Shown here: piece by piece, positions 27,345 to 36,300 of the stretch | Layout: each line of letters starts with the position of its first letter | Numbering within the stretch: the first letter of the stretch is position 1 | IMG/VR virus record: IMGVR_UViG_3300017971_000228 | Span: 1 to 64,000 of that record | Length of the DNA: 64,000 nucleotides | From: a virus | Reading direction: 5' to 3' (one strand) | The notes under the pieces: generated by a model | The model's database searches: none | Seen by the model: only the letters and a program-made list of their open reading frames with translations | What the model was told of the DNA's origin: nothing | Made by a program: the position numbers and the translations under genes

Positions 27345-28307
27345 ATGCCCTCACCAACTCTCAAAGATTTGCATGTTAACAGCGTGCTAACGGAGATGTC
27401 CATCGCCTATCGGAACGATGCGTACATCGCAGACCGGGTTTTTCCCTTGGTCAATGTTGACAAACAGTCTGATATCTATGCTCTGTACACCAAGCAAGAC
27501 TGGTTCCGAGACGAGGCGCAGCGGCGTGCTCCGGGTGAAGAGGTGAAGACTAGTGGGTGGAACGTTGACACAACGAACACCTACTACTGCATCAACTACG
27601 CTCTGGGCAAGGACATCCCTGACGAAATCGCCGCCGGCGCAGATGACGTGTTCGACCTGGACCGGGACGCCACCATCTTCGTGACGGACAAGCTGCAGCT
27701 CAGGCGTGAGATCGAGTGGGCGGCAGACTTCTTCACCACGGGCGTGTGGGGAACGGATGCCACCTTCAGTGCCACCACACGGTGGAATGTGTACGCCAGC
27801 TCGGATCCACTGAGCGACGTGCATGACGGCATCGAGACCGTTCTACAGAATACGGGCAAGCGGCCCAACAAGTTCGTCATGGGCTACCAGGTGTTCAATG
27901 AGTTGCTGGACCACCCGGACATCCTGGATCGGATCAAGTACGGGGCGAGTTCCGGCAATCCGGCAGTGACCACGGAGATGGCACTGGCGCAGCTCTTCGG
28001 CGTGGATGAAGTGCTGGTAGCACGGGCCATCAAGACCACGAATATCGAGAAGAACGAATCGCCTACCATGAGCTTCGTGTGGGGGCAGCATGCGCTGCTT
28101 CTGTACGTGGCGCCACGGCCCAGCAGGCTGGAACCCAGTGCGGGCTACACCTTCGTGTGGAACCCGATGGGCGGACGCGGCCCTCAGATTATCAATCAGA
28201 GGCGTGATTCGGCCCGACACTGCGACGTGGTGGAAGCCATTGGGTACTGGGATTCGAAGCGTACCGCACAGGATTGTGGATATTTCTTCTCATCGGTCAC
28301 GGCGTGA
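27345..28307 (+). CDS. Major capsid protein
   Basis: LTEMSIAYRN..IADRVFP, RRAPG, KRPNKFVMG..LLDHPDI, PSAGYTF; AGGAGG RBS. Confidence 0.88.
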   Translation: MPSPTLKDLHVNSVLTEMSIAYRNDAYIADRVFPLVNVDKQSDIYALYTKQDWFRDEAQRRAPGEEVKTSGWNVDTTNTYYCINYALGKDIPDEIAAGADDVFDLDRDATIFVTDKLQLRREIEWAADFFTTGVWGTDATFSATTRWNVYASSDPLSDVHDGIETVLQNTGKRPNKFVMGYQVFNELLDHPDILDRIKYGASSGNPAVTTEMALAQLFGVDEVLVARAIKTTNIEKNESPTMSFVWGQHALLLYVAPRPSRLEPSAGYTFVWNPMGGRGPQIINQRRDSARHCDVVEAIGYWDSKRTAQDCGYFFSSVTA

Positions 28308-28439
28308 GTTCTTAACGAATCTTTGGATGGTAACATCACCATCCGAGTATTCATCGTACTGACCGAAGCGGAGTGCGGTCTGTTTCACTCCGCATGACCG
28401 GGCCTCGGCGGTCTGTCTCCGGGGCAGGGATAACAACTC

Positions 28440-29495
28440 ATGAACAAATTCCGACGAACAACGCAACTCAACGGTCCGCTGACCGTTGGCTACAGTGATA
28501 CCGGCTATGACGTGGTGATGTATGGAGCCACGGCAGGCTGCAATGTCACCTGGGATGAGTCGGCGGATGAACTAGATATCAGCGCCACCACGGAAATCCA
28601 GGCGGCGCACAAGCTACAGTTCCGTGATACGGCCATCTTCCTCCAGTCAGGGGCGGATGGGCAGCTCGACATCGACGCCGATGGCAAGATTGATCTGGCT
28701 TCTGCCTCCATCACCATGACGGGTGAAGTCAATATCACCGGATCGCTGAACGTCACCGGGTCGCTGTCCATGACGGCAGCTTCGACCAACCTGAGCGGTG
28801 AACTCAACGTCACTGGGTCGGCGGATCTGTCATCGAGCATGAATGTGTCAGGGTGTGCGACCTTTGAAGATGCCGTTGGGATCACCAAGAACCTCAACGT
28901 AGCGGGGTCTTCCCTCTTCGGAAGCAGCGCCAGCTATAGTAGCTTTGACGCTGACGGCACGCTGACGATGACTGGTACGGCGCGGGTCATCAAGTCTCTG
29001 TGGCTCCAGCCGCGTGATGTTCGAGCCGATGTCAATGGCAACTGGACAGCAGGTTCTAATGCCAACGCGTCTACTTTCGCTTGGCAATACGGAAGCTCTG
29101 GCACGGCGGGATGTGCCCAGATCGGCTTTGCTGTACCGACGGACATGGATACTACGGCAACGGGCTGTGTAGACGTGCTGTGGTCGGCAGGGTGCGTAGC
29201 TGCGGCCAACGCCTCGATGAACATCACCTATCTCTACTATGGCATCGGGGACGGATCGACACCGGGTGGTACGGGCACACTCACAGGGGCGGAGGGATCG
29301 GGTACAGGTGGAGCCAGTGCCTTTGAGTATACGAACGTGACGGACGCACTGGTAGCACCGGCAGCAAGCACGCGGCACATGACGCTTACGCTCTGCTACA
29401 CACCCAACACAGCTCAGTCAAGTGCAGGGTCTACCTTCCAGCTTAACGGGATGGTCGTCAAGTACCTCTCGAACAAGCTCGGAACAGCGACGTAG
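28440..29495 (+). CDS. Virion fibre/decoration-like protein (Ser/Thr/Gly-rich beta repeats)
   Basis: GSLNVTG-type repeats; ends KYLSNKLGTAT. Confidence 0.65.
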   Translation: MNKFRRTTQLNGPLTVGYSDTGYDVVMYGATAGCNVTWDESADELDISATTEIQAAHKLQFRDTAIFLQSGADGQLDIDADGKIDLASASITMTGEVNITGSLNVTGSLSMTAASTNLSGELNVTGSADLSSSMNVSGCATFEDAVGITKNLNVAGSSLFGSSASYSSFDADGTLTMTGTARVIKSLWLQPRDVRADVNGNWTAGSNANASTFAWQYGSSGTAGCAQIGFAVPTDMDTTATGCVDVLWSAGCVAAANASMNITYLYYGIGDGSTPGGTGTLTGAEGSGTGGASAFEYTNVTDALVAPAASTRHMTLTLCYTPNTAQSSAGSTFQLNGMVVKYLSNKLGTAT

Positions 29496-29503
29496 GGGGG
29501 TGA

Positions 29504-30226
29504 ATGATGGAGAAAGATAGACGTCAACGCAACATCCTGGGACCGATGACGGTCGGTATGGATGATTCCGGCCACGACGTGACCTTCTACGGCGCAACGG
29601 CAGGCAGTAAGCTACTGTGGGATGAATCAGCGGACAAGCTGTACGTCCAGGGGATTCTCAATACCACGGGGGCAGTCACACTGGAGGGGGCGGGCAGGGT
29701 CTACAAGGAAAAATGGTTCGGGGCCCGTGAGTTCGATGTCACGGCTTCGGGCGCGACAGCGGGGCAGTATAGCTCTTCCATGCCCACCATCACCATCACC
29801 TCAACGAACTCGAACAATACCTTCGAAGATGTCTACGTCTGGGCACCGACACCTGATGACCTGGACACGACGGCCTGCATGACGGCCTACTGCTGGTGGT
29901 CCTGTGATACGGCAACCGGGGGTGATGCGCACTCTACCAGCCAGTATTCACAGATGGCGCTGCAGTGGGGCCACTACGCCGCTGGAGAGGCGTCACCGGC
30001 GACGACAGCTTCTACGGACGTAGCCAAGTTCATCGCAGCCAGTTCCGGCGCGAACTATATGACCAAGAGCACACTGACTTCCTCAGTCGATCCGCCTTCA
30101 GCGGGGGAGATGATGGGATTCAAGCTCCGAGTTTGGTCTAGTGGAAGTGCGACAACTGGCTCTGACATGCAGGTGCATGGCCTACAGATTCGGTATAGGG
30201 CGAACAAGCTGGGAACAGCGACGTAG
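29504..30226 (+). CDS. Virion fibre/decoration-like protein, paralogue
   Basis: N-terminus GP.TVG..D.G.DV..YGATAG....WDESAD shared with 28440; ends RYRANKLGTAT. Confidence 0.65.
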   Translation: MMEKDRRQRNILGPMTVGMDDSGHDVTFYGATAGSKLLWDESADKLYVQGILNTTGAVTLEGAGRVYKEKWFGAREFDVTASGATAGQYSSSMPTITITSTNSNNTFEDVYVWAPTPDDLDTTACMTAYCWWSCDTATGGDAHSTSQYSQMALQWGHYAAGEASPATTASTDVAKFIAASSGANYMTKSTLTSSVDPPSAGEMMGFKLRVWSSGSATTGSDMQVHGLQIRYRANKLGTAT

Positions 30227-30229
30227 CCT

Positions 30230-30841
30230 ATGCTGGAATACAACCGGATATATCAGGGTGACTTTCAGGATCTTCTCGTAGGGCTGGGTTCGGGCTGGGC
30301 AGACCTCATCTGCACCGGACCCAGCGCCTACGGGCAGGGACAGGAGCATCTGGACCGACTGACGCGGTGGGCACGACGGTTCAGGGAAGCACTCAGGCCA
30401 AAGGGAGTACTGTTTTCGATCTGGCCTGAGCTACGGGTATGGACCTTTGCCCAAGCAGCCCTGGATGCTCGGTACGTTACCATCCAGGTACAGCACAATA
30501 TCTGCCAGGGGCAGCCTCTGGCGTTGGCAGGACAGTGTACCGTCATCGCCACGCCGCAGACGCCTGAAGCTCTGCCGATGTATGATGGGGAACTGGCGAG
30601 CATCACTGCACCCCCCTGGACGTCGGGCTTCCCGGTAGAGCTAGCAGAACGGGCGATAGAGACCTATTGCCCCCCGGAAGGGGTAGTCTTCGATCCGTTC
30701 ATGGGGCTGGCCACCACGGCCATCGCTGCGATACGACTGGGGCGTCGGTGGGTGGGCTGCGAACTGGACGAGAAGCGGATCAAGTCAGCCTACGAACGCA
30801 TCACGCAGGAGACGGGATGGGAGCCAGATGCGGTTCAGTGA
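30230..30841 (+). CDS. N6/N4 DNA methyltransferase-like protein, atypical catalytic motif
   Basis: IYQGD, DLICTGPSAY (in place of DPPY), FPVEL, VFDPFMGLATT, WVGCEL. Confidence 0.75.
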   Translation: MLEYNRIYQGDFQDLLVGLGSGWADLICTGPSAYGQGQEHLDRLTRWARRFREALRPKGVLFSIWPELRVWTFAQAALDARYVTIQVQHNICQGQPLALAGQCTVIATPQTPEALPMYDGELASITAPPWTSGFPVELAERAIETYCPPEGVVFDPFMGLATTAIAAIRLGRRWVGCELDEKRIKSAYERITQETGWEPDAVQ

Positions 30842-31415
30842 GGCCCTGGAAGGACAGATCCATGCGGTAGACTGCGTAGACTTCATGCGGTCACTGGAGC
30901 CGCACTGGGCGGACGCCATCATCACCGGACCCAGCGCCAACGAACAGGGCAAGTGGGTCAAGCGTGAGCGTCGCTGGATGGTGAACTTCGCCAGGGCGCT
31001 GAGGTTCGGCGGGGTTCTGGCCCTGTTGGGCCGTCCGGGGTGGTGTAGCCGGCAGGAACGGGCGGTTCGCCGGGTAGGCTTCAACGTGCTGGGCATCTGC
31101 GGCACACCGGAATCTAGCTTCTCGGGCAAGGAAGTGCTGGTGGCGGTACTGGGAAGCCAGGTAGAAGTCAGGCAACCACCCAATCCCTGGAAGATGGTCT
31201 GTTCCAGGGTGCAGTGGGGGTCCAGTGTCCCTGTAGAGCAAGTAGTAGCGATAGTGGAAGAGTACACGAAGCCGGGGGAGCTAGTGTTCGATCCCTTCAT
31301 GGGGTTGGGAACGACGGCCATGGCCTGCGAGCGCACGGGCAGACGATGGGTAGGATGTGAGATCGAGGCTGGGCGTGCGCAGGATGCGACTAGGCGTATC
31401 GAAGCGATACGATAG
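30828..31415 (+). CDS. N6/N4 DNA methyltransferase-like protein, paralogue
   Basis: DCVDFM, DAIITGPSAN, LVFDPFMGLGTT, WVGCEI. Confidence 0.75.
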   Translation: MRFSEALEGQIHAVDCVDFMRSLEPHWADAIITGPSANEQGKWVKRERRWMVNFARALRFGGVLALLGRPGWCSRQERAVRRVGFNVLGICGTPESSFSGKEVLVAVLGSQVEVRQPPNPWKMVCSRVQWGSSVPVEQVVAIVEEYTKPGELVFDPFMGLGTTAMACERTGRRWVGCEIEAGRAQDATRRIEAIR

Positions 31416-31460
31416 ATCAGAGAGGCCAGGATTATCATTCCGGCTGAGGAGGGATAGGCA

Positions 31461-31730
31461 GTGCCGTTCAAGGCAGAGATCACCTATGTGGCAGCGCGGC
31501 CCTTTGAGTACTTCAGCGGTGAAAAGCTGAAGCGGGGGGACGAAGTCCCGTTGATGGGGGCGCCGAACGACCCGCGTCTTCTGAGTACGCCGCTGGTACG
31601 GCAGGAGATTCAGTTTGTCTGCCGGCAGCGGGGGTGCTATCGGAAGTTCCCCAACATCGCCAAGCTGTTGAGCCACGAGGCGACGCACAAGAAGGACGAC
31701 GAGGAGTCGTCCGAAGACAGCGAAGAGTAG
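31461..31730 (+). CDS. Small protein with C2H2 zinc finger
   Basis: FVCRQRGCYRKF.....LLSHEATH. Confidence 0.65.
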   Translation: MPFKAEITYVAARPFEYFSGEKLKRGDEVPLMGAPNDPRLLSTPLVRQEIQFVCRQRGCYRKFPNIAKLLSHEATHKKDDEESSEDSEE

Positions 31731-31923
31731 TTGAACCTATGCCCGGTGTACTCCCGCCTGGGCCTAAAAGACACTAGGAGCAAGTAATGATCACCACATG
31801 CAGCTCTCATCATGGGCACCGACCCACCCGCAAGGATGGGCGTGTTTGCCGTGCATGGGAGCTGCTTTACGCATGGCAGAGGCCGCAGCGTCCGGCGGTG
31901 CGGCGTTGGTAGGGGAGTGAACT

Positions 31924-32496
31924 ATGTCAGGGAAATCAGCTCCGCATCGGCAGGGCGCAGTATCGGCATGCACCAGTGGCTCGGAAGTGGCCCCCATGCT
32001 CATGGGGGGGATGTACATCGCCAGTCCATCAGCAGTCACGGATTTGGATGTCACGTGGGCGCTGACGGATTCCTACGGTCGGCTTCTGGTAGTCCCAACT
32101 GCCTATGACGGCAACTCTTCTGGGACGCTACTGGCTAGTGCCAGCCGCATATCCAGTAGCAACAGTGGGGACTTGACCAATCGAGGAGCCAGGGGTGCTG
32201 TTGTGTGGATGGACATCAGTGCCACGACCGCTGTGTCAGGTTCAGACAACTTGACGCTGGCAGTAGAAGCCAAGAACCCCGTCAGCGGCTGCTATCACAA
32301 CATGCTGGTATCAGCTTCGCTGACGGCTGTTGGGGCGTATATGTACGTTGTCTACCCCACGGGTGCATCTTGCATGACCACTGAGGAAGTGACGGAAACG
32401 GTAAGCCTGCCACTTCCCAGAACCTGGCGGGTAAACATCGCGGCGGACAGTGGGTGTTCGTTTACCTACTCACTGGGGTATGAGTATTTGATCTAG
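31924..32496 (+). CDS. Putative virion structural protein
   Basis: S/A/T/C-rich beta protein; NRGARGA...LPLPRTWRV. Confidence 0.6.
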   Translation: MSGKSAPHRQGAVSACTSGSEVAPMLMGGMYIASPSAVTDLDVTWALTDSYGRLLVVPTAYDGNSSGTLLASASRISSSNSGDLTNRGARGAVVWMDISATTAVSGSDNLTLAVEAKNPVSGCYHNMLVSASLTAVGAYMYVVYPTGASCMTTEEVTETVSLPLPRTWRVNIAADSGCSFTYSLGYEYLI

Positions 32497-32616
32497 GGGA
32501 ACATCGTGTGTGTTCAGTTACTTTGTTGGGTGCAGATTACAGTACCATTGACTGGTCCCTTGTTGAAACTGAAGCAATGAATACTGTAAACCGAACACAC
32601 ACTACAGTTCTAGGGG

Positions 32617-33177
32617 GTGAACATGGCAGACCAGAAGGTTACAGCTTTAGATGAAGAAACGACTCCAGCACTGGGAGACTTGCTCTACATAGTTGATGAC
32701 CCTTCAGGATCACCGACGAGCAAGAAAGTTACCGTACAAAATGTGCTGGACGTAACGAATTTTGAAGGGTTCAGGGCATACACAGATGGCGACCAGGCCA
32801 TAACAACTGGAACAAAGACCACCGTGCAGTTTGACCAGGAATCATTTGACATAGGGGCTAAGTATTCGGCAAGTACCTATCGATGGATACCATCAGCAGG
32901 ATATGTCGTAGTGGGCTTGAACTTATACTACAACGACTCTGAATCGGATGGACAATGGGCTCTCATTAGTATGAACGGCAGTGATGTTGCACAGACGAAA
33001 GTCAATCCAGCAACTGGCGCTGGAGTCCAAACTTCTGTGACCGCTGTATGGATGGGTGCTGCCGATGGTGATGACTATTTCGAGGGTAGGGCACTTCACT
33101 ACAAGGGTTCCAACATGAACGTGAATGCAGATAATCTGAAGACATTCTTTTGGGGGTATCGCATTCCCCAAAGTTAG
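32617..33177 (+). CDS. Fibre protein with C1q/TNF-like C-terminal domain
   Basis: MADQKVTAL...DLLYIVD....SKKVT N-terminus; FRAY...VQFD.ESFDIG..Y; AT-richer than flanks. Confidence 0.6.
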   Translation: MNMADQKVTALDEETTPALGDLLYIVDDPSGSPTSKKVTVQNVLDVTNFEGFRAYTDGDQAITTGTKTTVQFDQESFDIGAKYSASTYRWIPSAGYVVVGLNLYYNDSESDGQWALISMNGSDVAQTKVNPATGAGVQTSVTAVWMGAADGDDYFEGRALHYKGSNMNVNADNLKTFFWGYRIPQS

Positions 33178-33188
33178 CGTGGACTCAA

Positions 33189-33326
33189 ATGGCAGATAAG
33201 GTACTCAAAGAAGATAGTGATGTCATACTGCTGGAAACTGGAGATTCGCTTCTCCTAGAAGGGGAAGAAGAAGTTACAATAGTTCTACAGGCAATGTACC
33301 ACTATCGGGTGAGGAGGGCGACCTAG
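33189..33326 (+). CDS. 45-aa virion-associated peptide (not in ORF track)
   Basis: MADKVLKEDSDVILLETGDSLLLEG...; LLE(T/D)G..LLLE motif; stop abuts the next start. Confidence 0.55.
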   Translation: MADKVLKEDSDVILLETGDSLLLEGEEEVTIVLQAMYHYRVRRAT

Positions 33327-36300
33327 ATGCCCTTTCTGAAGCAAGCTACTGCGGCCTGCCTGATGATGGGGCCGTTCGTGTCGGAGGATGACGGTTATTC
33401 AGCCTGCAATGACATTTCCATTGACGCCTCCATGGTACTCTTATCAAAGGCAGGCGCAGCTATAGCTGCCATGAACTCATCCACTAGCCCAGAACACTCA
33501 GGGAGTGGGTACTTCCAGGTTACGCTGGACACGACGGATACCGGAACGCTGGGAACCCTGAAGGTCGCAGTTAGCGTTAGTCCGACTCTTCCGGTCTGGG
33601 AGACCTATGATGTGCTGAGTTCCTGCGTCTGGGATGCCTGGTTCTCCGACGGCGCCAAGATGACGGTGGATGTGGACGGCGGGGTAGTCAGTGCATCAGA
33701 TCTGGTCAGCGCTTCAGACATCACCAGTGCGGTGATTCCAGCATCCAACATAGATGCCCAGATGAGTACGCTGGCGACGGCAGCAGGTGTTATCAGTGCT
33801 TCGGATGTCCTGGCAGCTTCCGATGTTCAGGCCAGTGCCTGCGCTGCCCTTTCAGCCTACAAGTTGGATCACTTGGTCTTTGAGGCAGATGCCGACGATC
33901 CTGCCGATAACTCCATCATCGCCAAGTTGGCTGCTTCGGGTGGAGACTGGAGTACTTTCACGGCTAGTCTAAACTCCCTTGAGGCGATGACGGATAATCA
34001 ATCAGACATTGTCACAGACACAGCTGAGATAGGTGCCGCAGGGGCCGGGCTTACGGCCGTACCATGGAATAGCGACTGGGATACCGAAGTCGAATCAGAA
34101 GTCGATGATGCCCTGGGGGGTGGTACTGGAACTGCTTTGACGGCCGTACCCTGGAACAGCGATTGGGACGCAGAGGTCCAGTCCGAAGTCAATGATGCCT
34201 TGGTAGCGTTGAAGCTGGATCACCTCATCGCTACATCAGAGGCCGATGACCCAGTAAACAACTCGATCATAGCGAAGCTGGCAGCTTCCGGGGGCGACTG
34301 GAGTACCTTTACCGCCAGTCTAAACTCACTGGAAGCCATTACGGACGACGTGGGCGATGTCAACGCTGCTACCGGAATCAGCGCCAGTGACGTGCTGAGT
34401 TCCAGCGATCTGGACAAAGCCCTGACAGACATCAACCTGGATCACCTGCTGAAGACGGCGACGGCCGGTTCAGATATGACCACCGAAGTCGCTGACAATA
34501 CCGTCATGGCCCGAATCCTGGCCAATGGTGACACTTCGGCCTTCGATCAGGGAACTGACGGACTACAGCTGATTCGAGACAAGCTAACGGACATTGAGAC
34601 TGATACCGGGGAAATTGGCGCTGCAGGGGCGGGCCTGACCCAGCTCGGGGGCATGGCAACCTCCATGATGGCAGAAGTGCAGTCTGAAGCGAATGATGCG
34701 CTAGTCGCCTTGAAGTTGGATCATCTAGTTGCAGCCGCTGAGAGTGACGATCCGGTAGACAATTCAATCATCGCCAAACTGGCAGCGAGTGGTGGTGATT
34801 GGAGCACGTTCACAGCAAGCCTGAATGCTCTGGAAGCGTTGGCAGATAATCAATCAGACATCGTAACGGATACGGCGGAGATAGGTGCGGCAGGTGCTGG
34901 GCTCACAGCCGTGCCCTGGAACAGTGATTGGGACACGGAAGTTGAGTCAGAAGTCGATGACGCACTGGGCGGTGGAACCGGGACAGCCTTGACGGCGATT
35001 CCCTGGAACTCTGACTGGGATACTGAGGTACAGTCCGAAGTGAACGACGCACTGGTAGCCTTGAAGCTAGATCACCTCATCGCCACCTCGGAAGCTGATG
35101 ACCCGGCGGACAATTCCATCATCGCCAAGCTCGCAGCCAGTGGGGGTGACTGGAGTACCTTTACCGCTAGCCTGAATTCACTGGAAGCTATCACGGATGA
35201 CGTGGGCGACATCAGTGCCGCCCAGAGTATCGCTGCATCTGATGTGCTAAGCTCTAGTGACTTGGACAAGGCACTGACCGACATCAATCTGGATCACCTA
35301 CTCAAGACAGCCACCGCTGGGTCAGATATGACGACTGAGGTGGCAGACAATACGATCATGGCCCGAATCCTGGCGAATGGCGATACATCAGCCTTCGATC
35401 AGGGGACTGACGGACTGCAACTGATCCGAGACAAGCTAACGGATATCGAGACGGACACCGGGGAGATTGGAGCCGCCGGGGCAGGTCTGACACAACTGGG
35501 CGGCATGGCAACCTCGATGATGGCAGAAGTGCAAAAAGAGGTTGACGACGCGCTAGTAGCTCAGAAGCTAGATCATCTAGTAAACGTAGCCGACAGCGAT
35601 GATGCGGCCGACAATTCACTGATAGCGAAGCTGGCGGCCAGTACGGGCGACTGGAGTGACTTCACGGGAAGCCTCAACTCGCTGGTGGTCATCACGAACA
35701 ACCAGGCCAACATTGAGACTGATACCGCAGAAATAGGCGCGGCTGGTGCCGGACTCACGCAACTGGGCGGATTATCAACCTGCATGATGGCTGAAGTTCA
35801 AAGCGAAGTCAACGACGCCCTGGTGGCAGTGAAGCTGGACCACCTCGTCTTCGCAGCGGAAACAGATGATGCGGCCGACAACTCTATCATCGCCAAGCTC
35901 GCTGCGTCAACAGGCGATTGGAGCGACTATACAGCCAGCTTGAATTCGATGGTCATCCAGACCACGAATCAGGCCAATATCGAAGCGGATACTCAGGATC
36001 TACAGTCACAGATCGGAACTGCGGGGGCCGGTCTCACGCAGTTGGGTGGTATGGCTACTTCTATGATGGCGGAAGTCCAGTCAGAAGTCAACGATGCTCT
36101 TGTGGCTCTGAATCTGGACCACCTGCTGGCCACAGCAACGGCTGGCTCGGACATGACGACAGAGGTAGTGGACAATACCATCCTGAGTAGGGTACTGGCC
36201 AATGGAGATACTTCAGCCTTTGACCCGACTACGGACGGGTTGCAGCTCATCAGAGACAAGCTATCAGACATTGAAACGGATACTGGAGAGATAGGTACGG

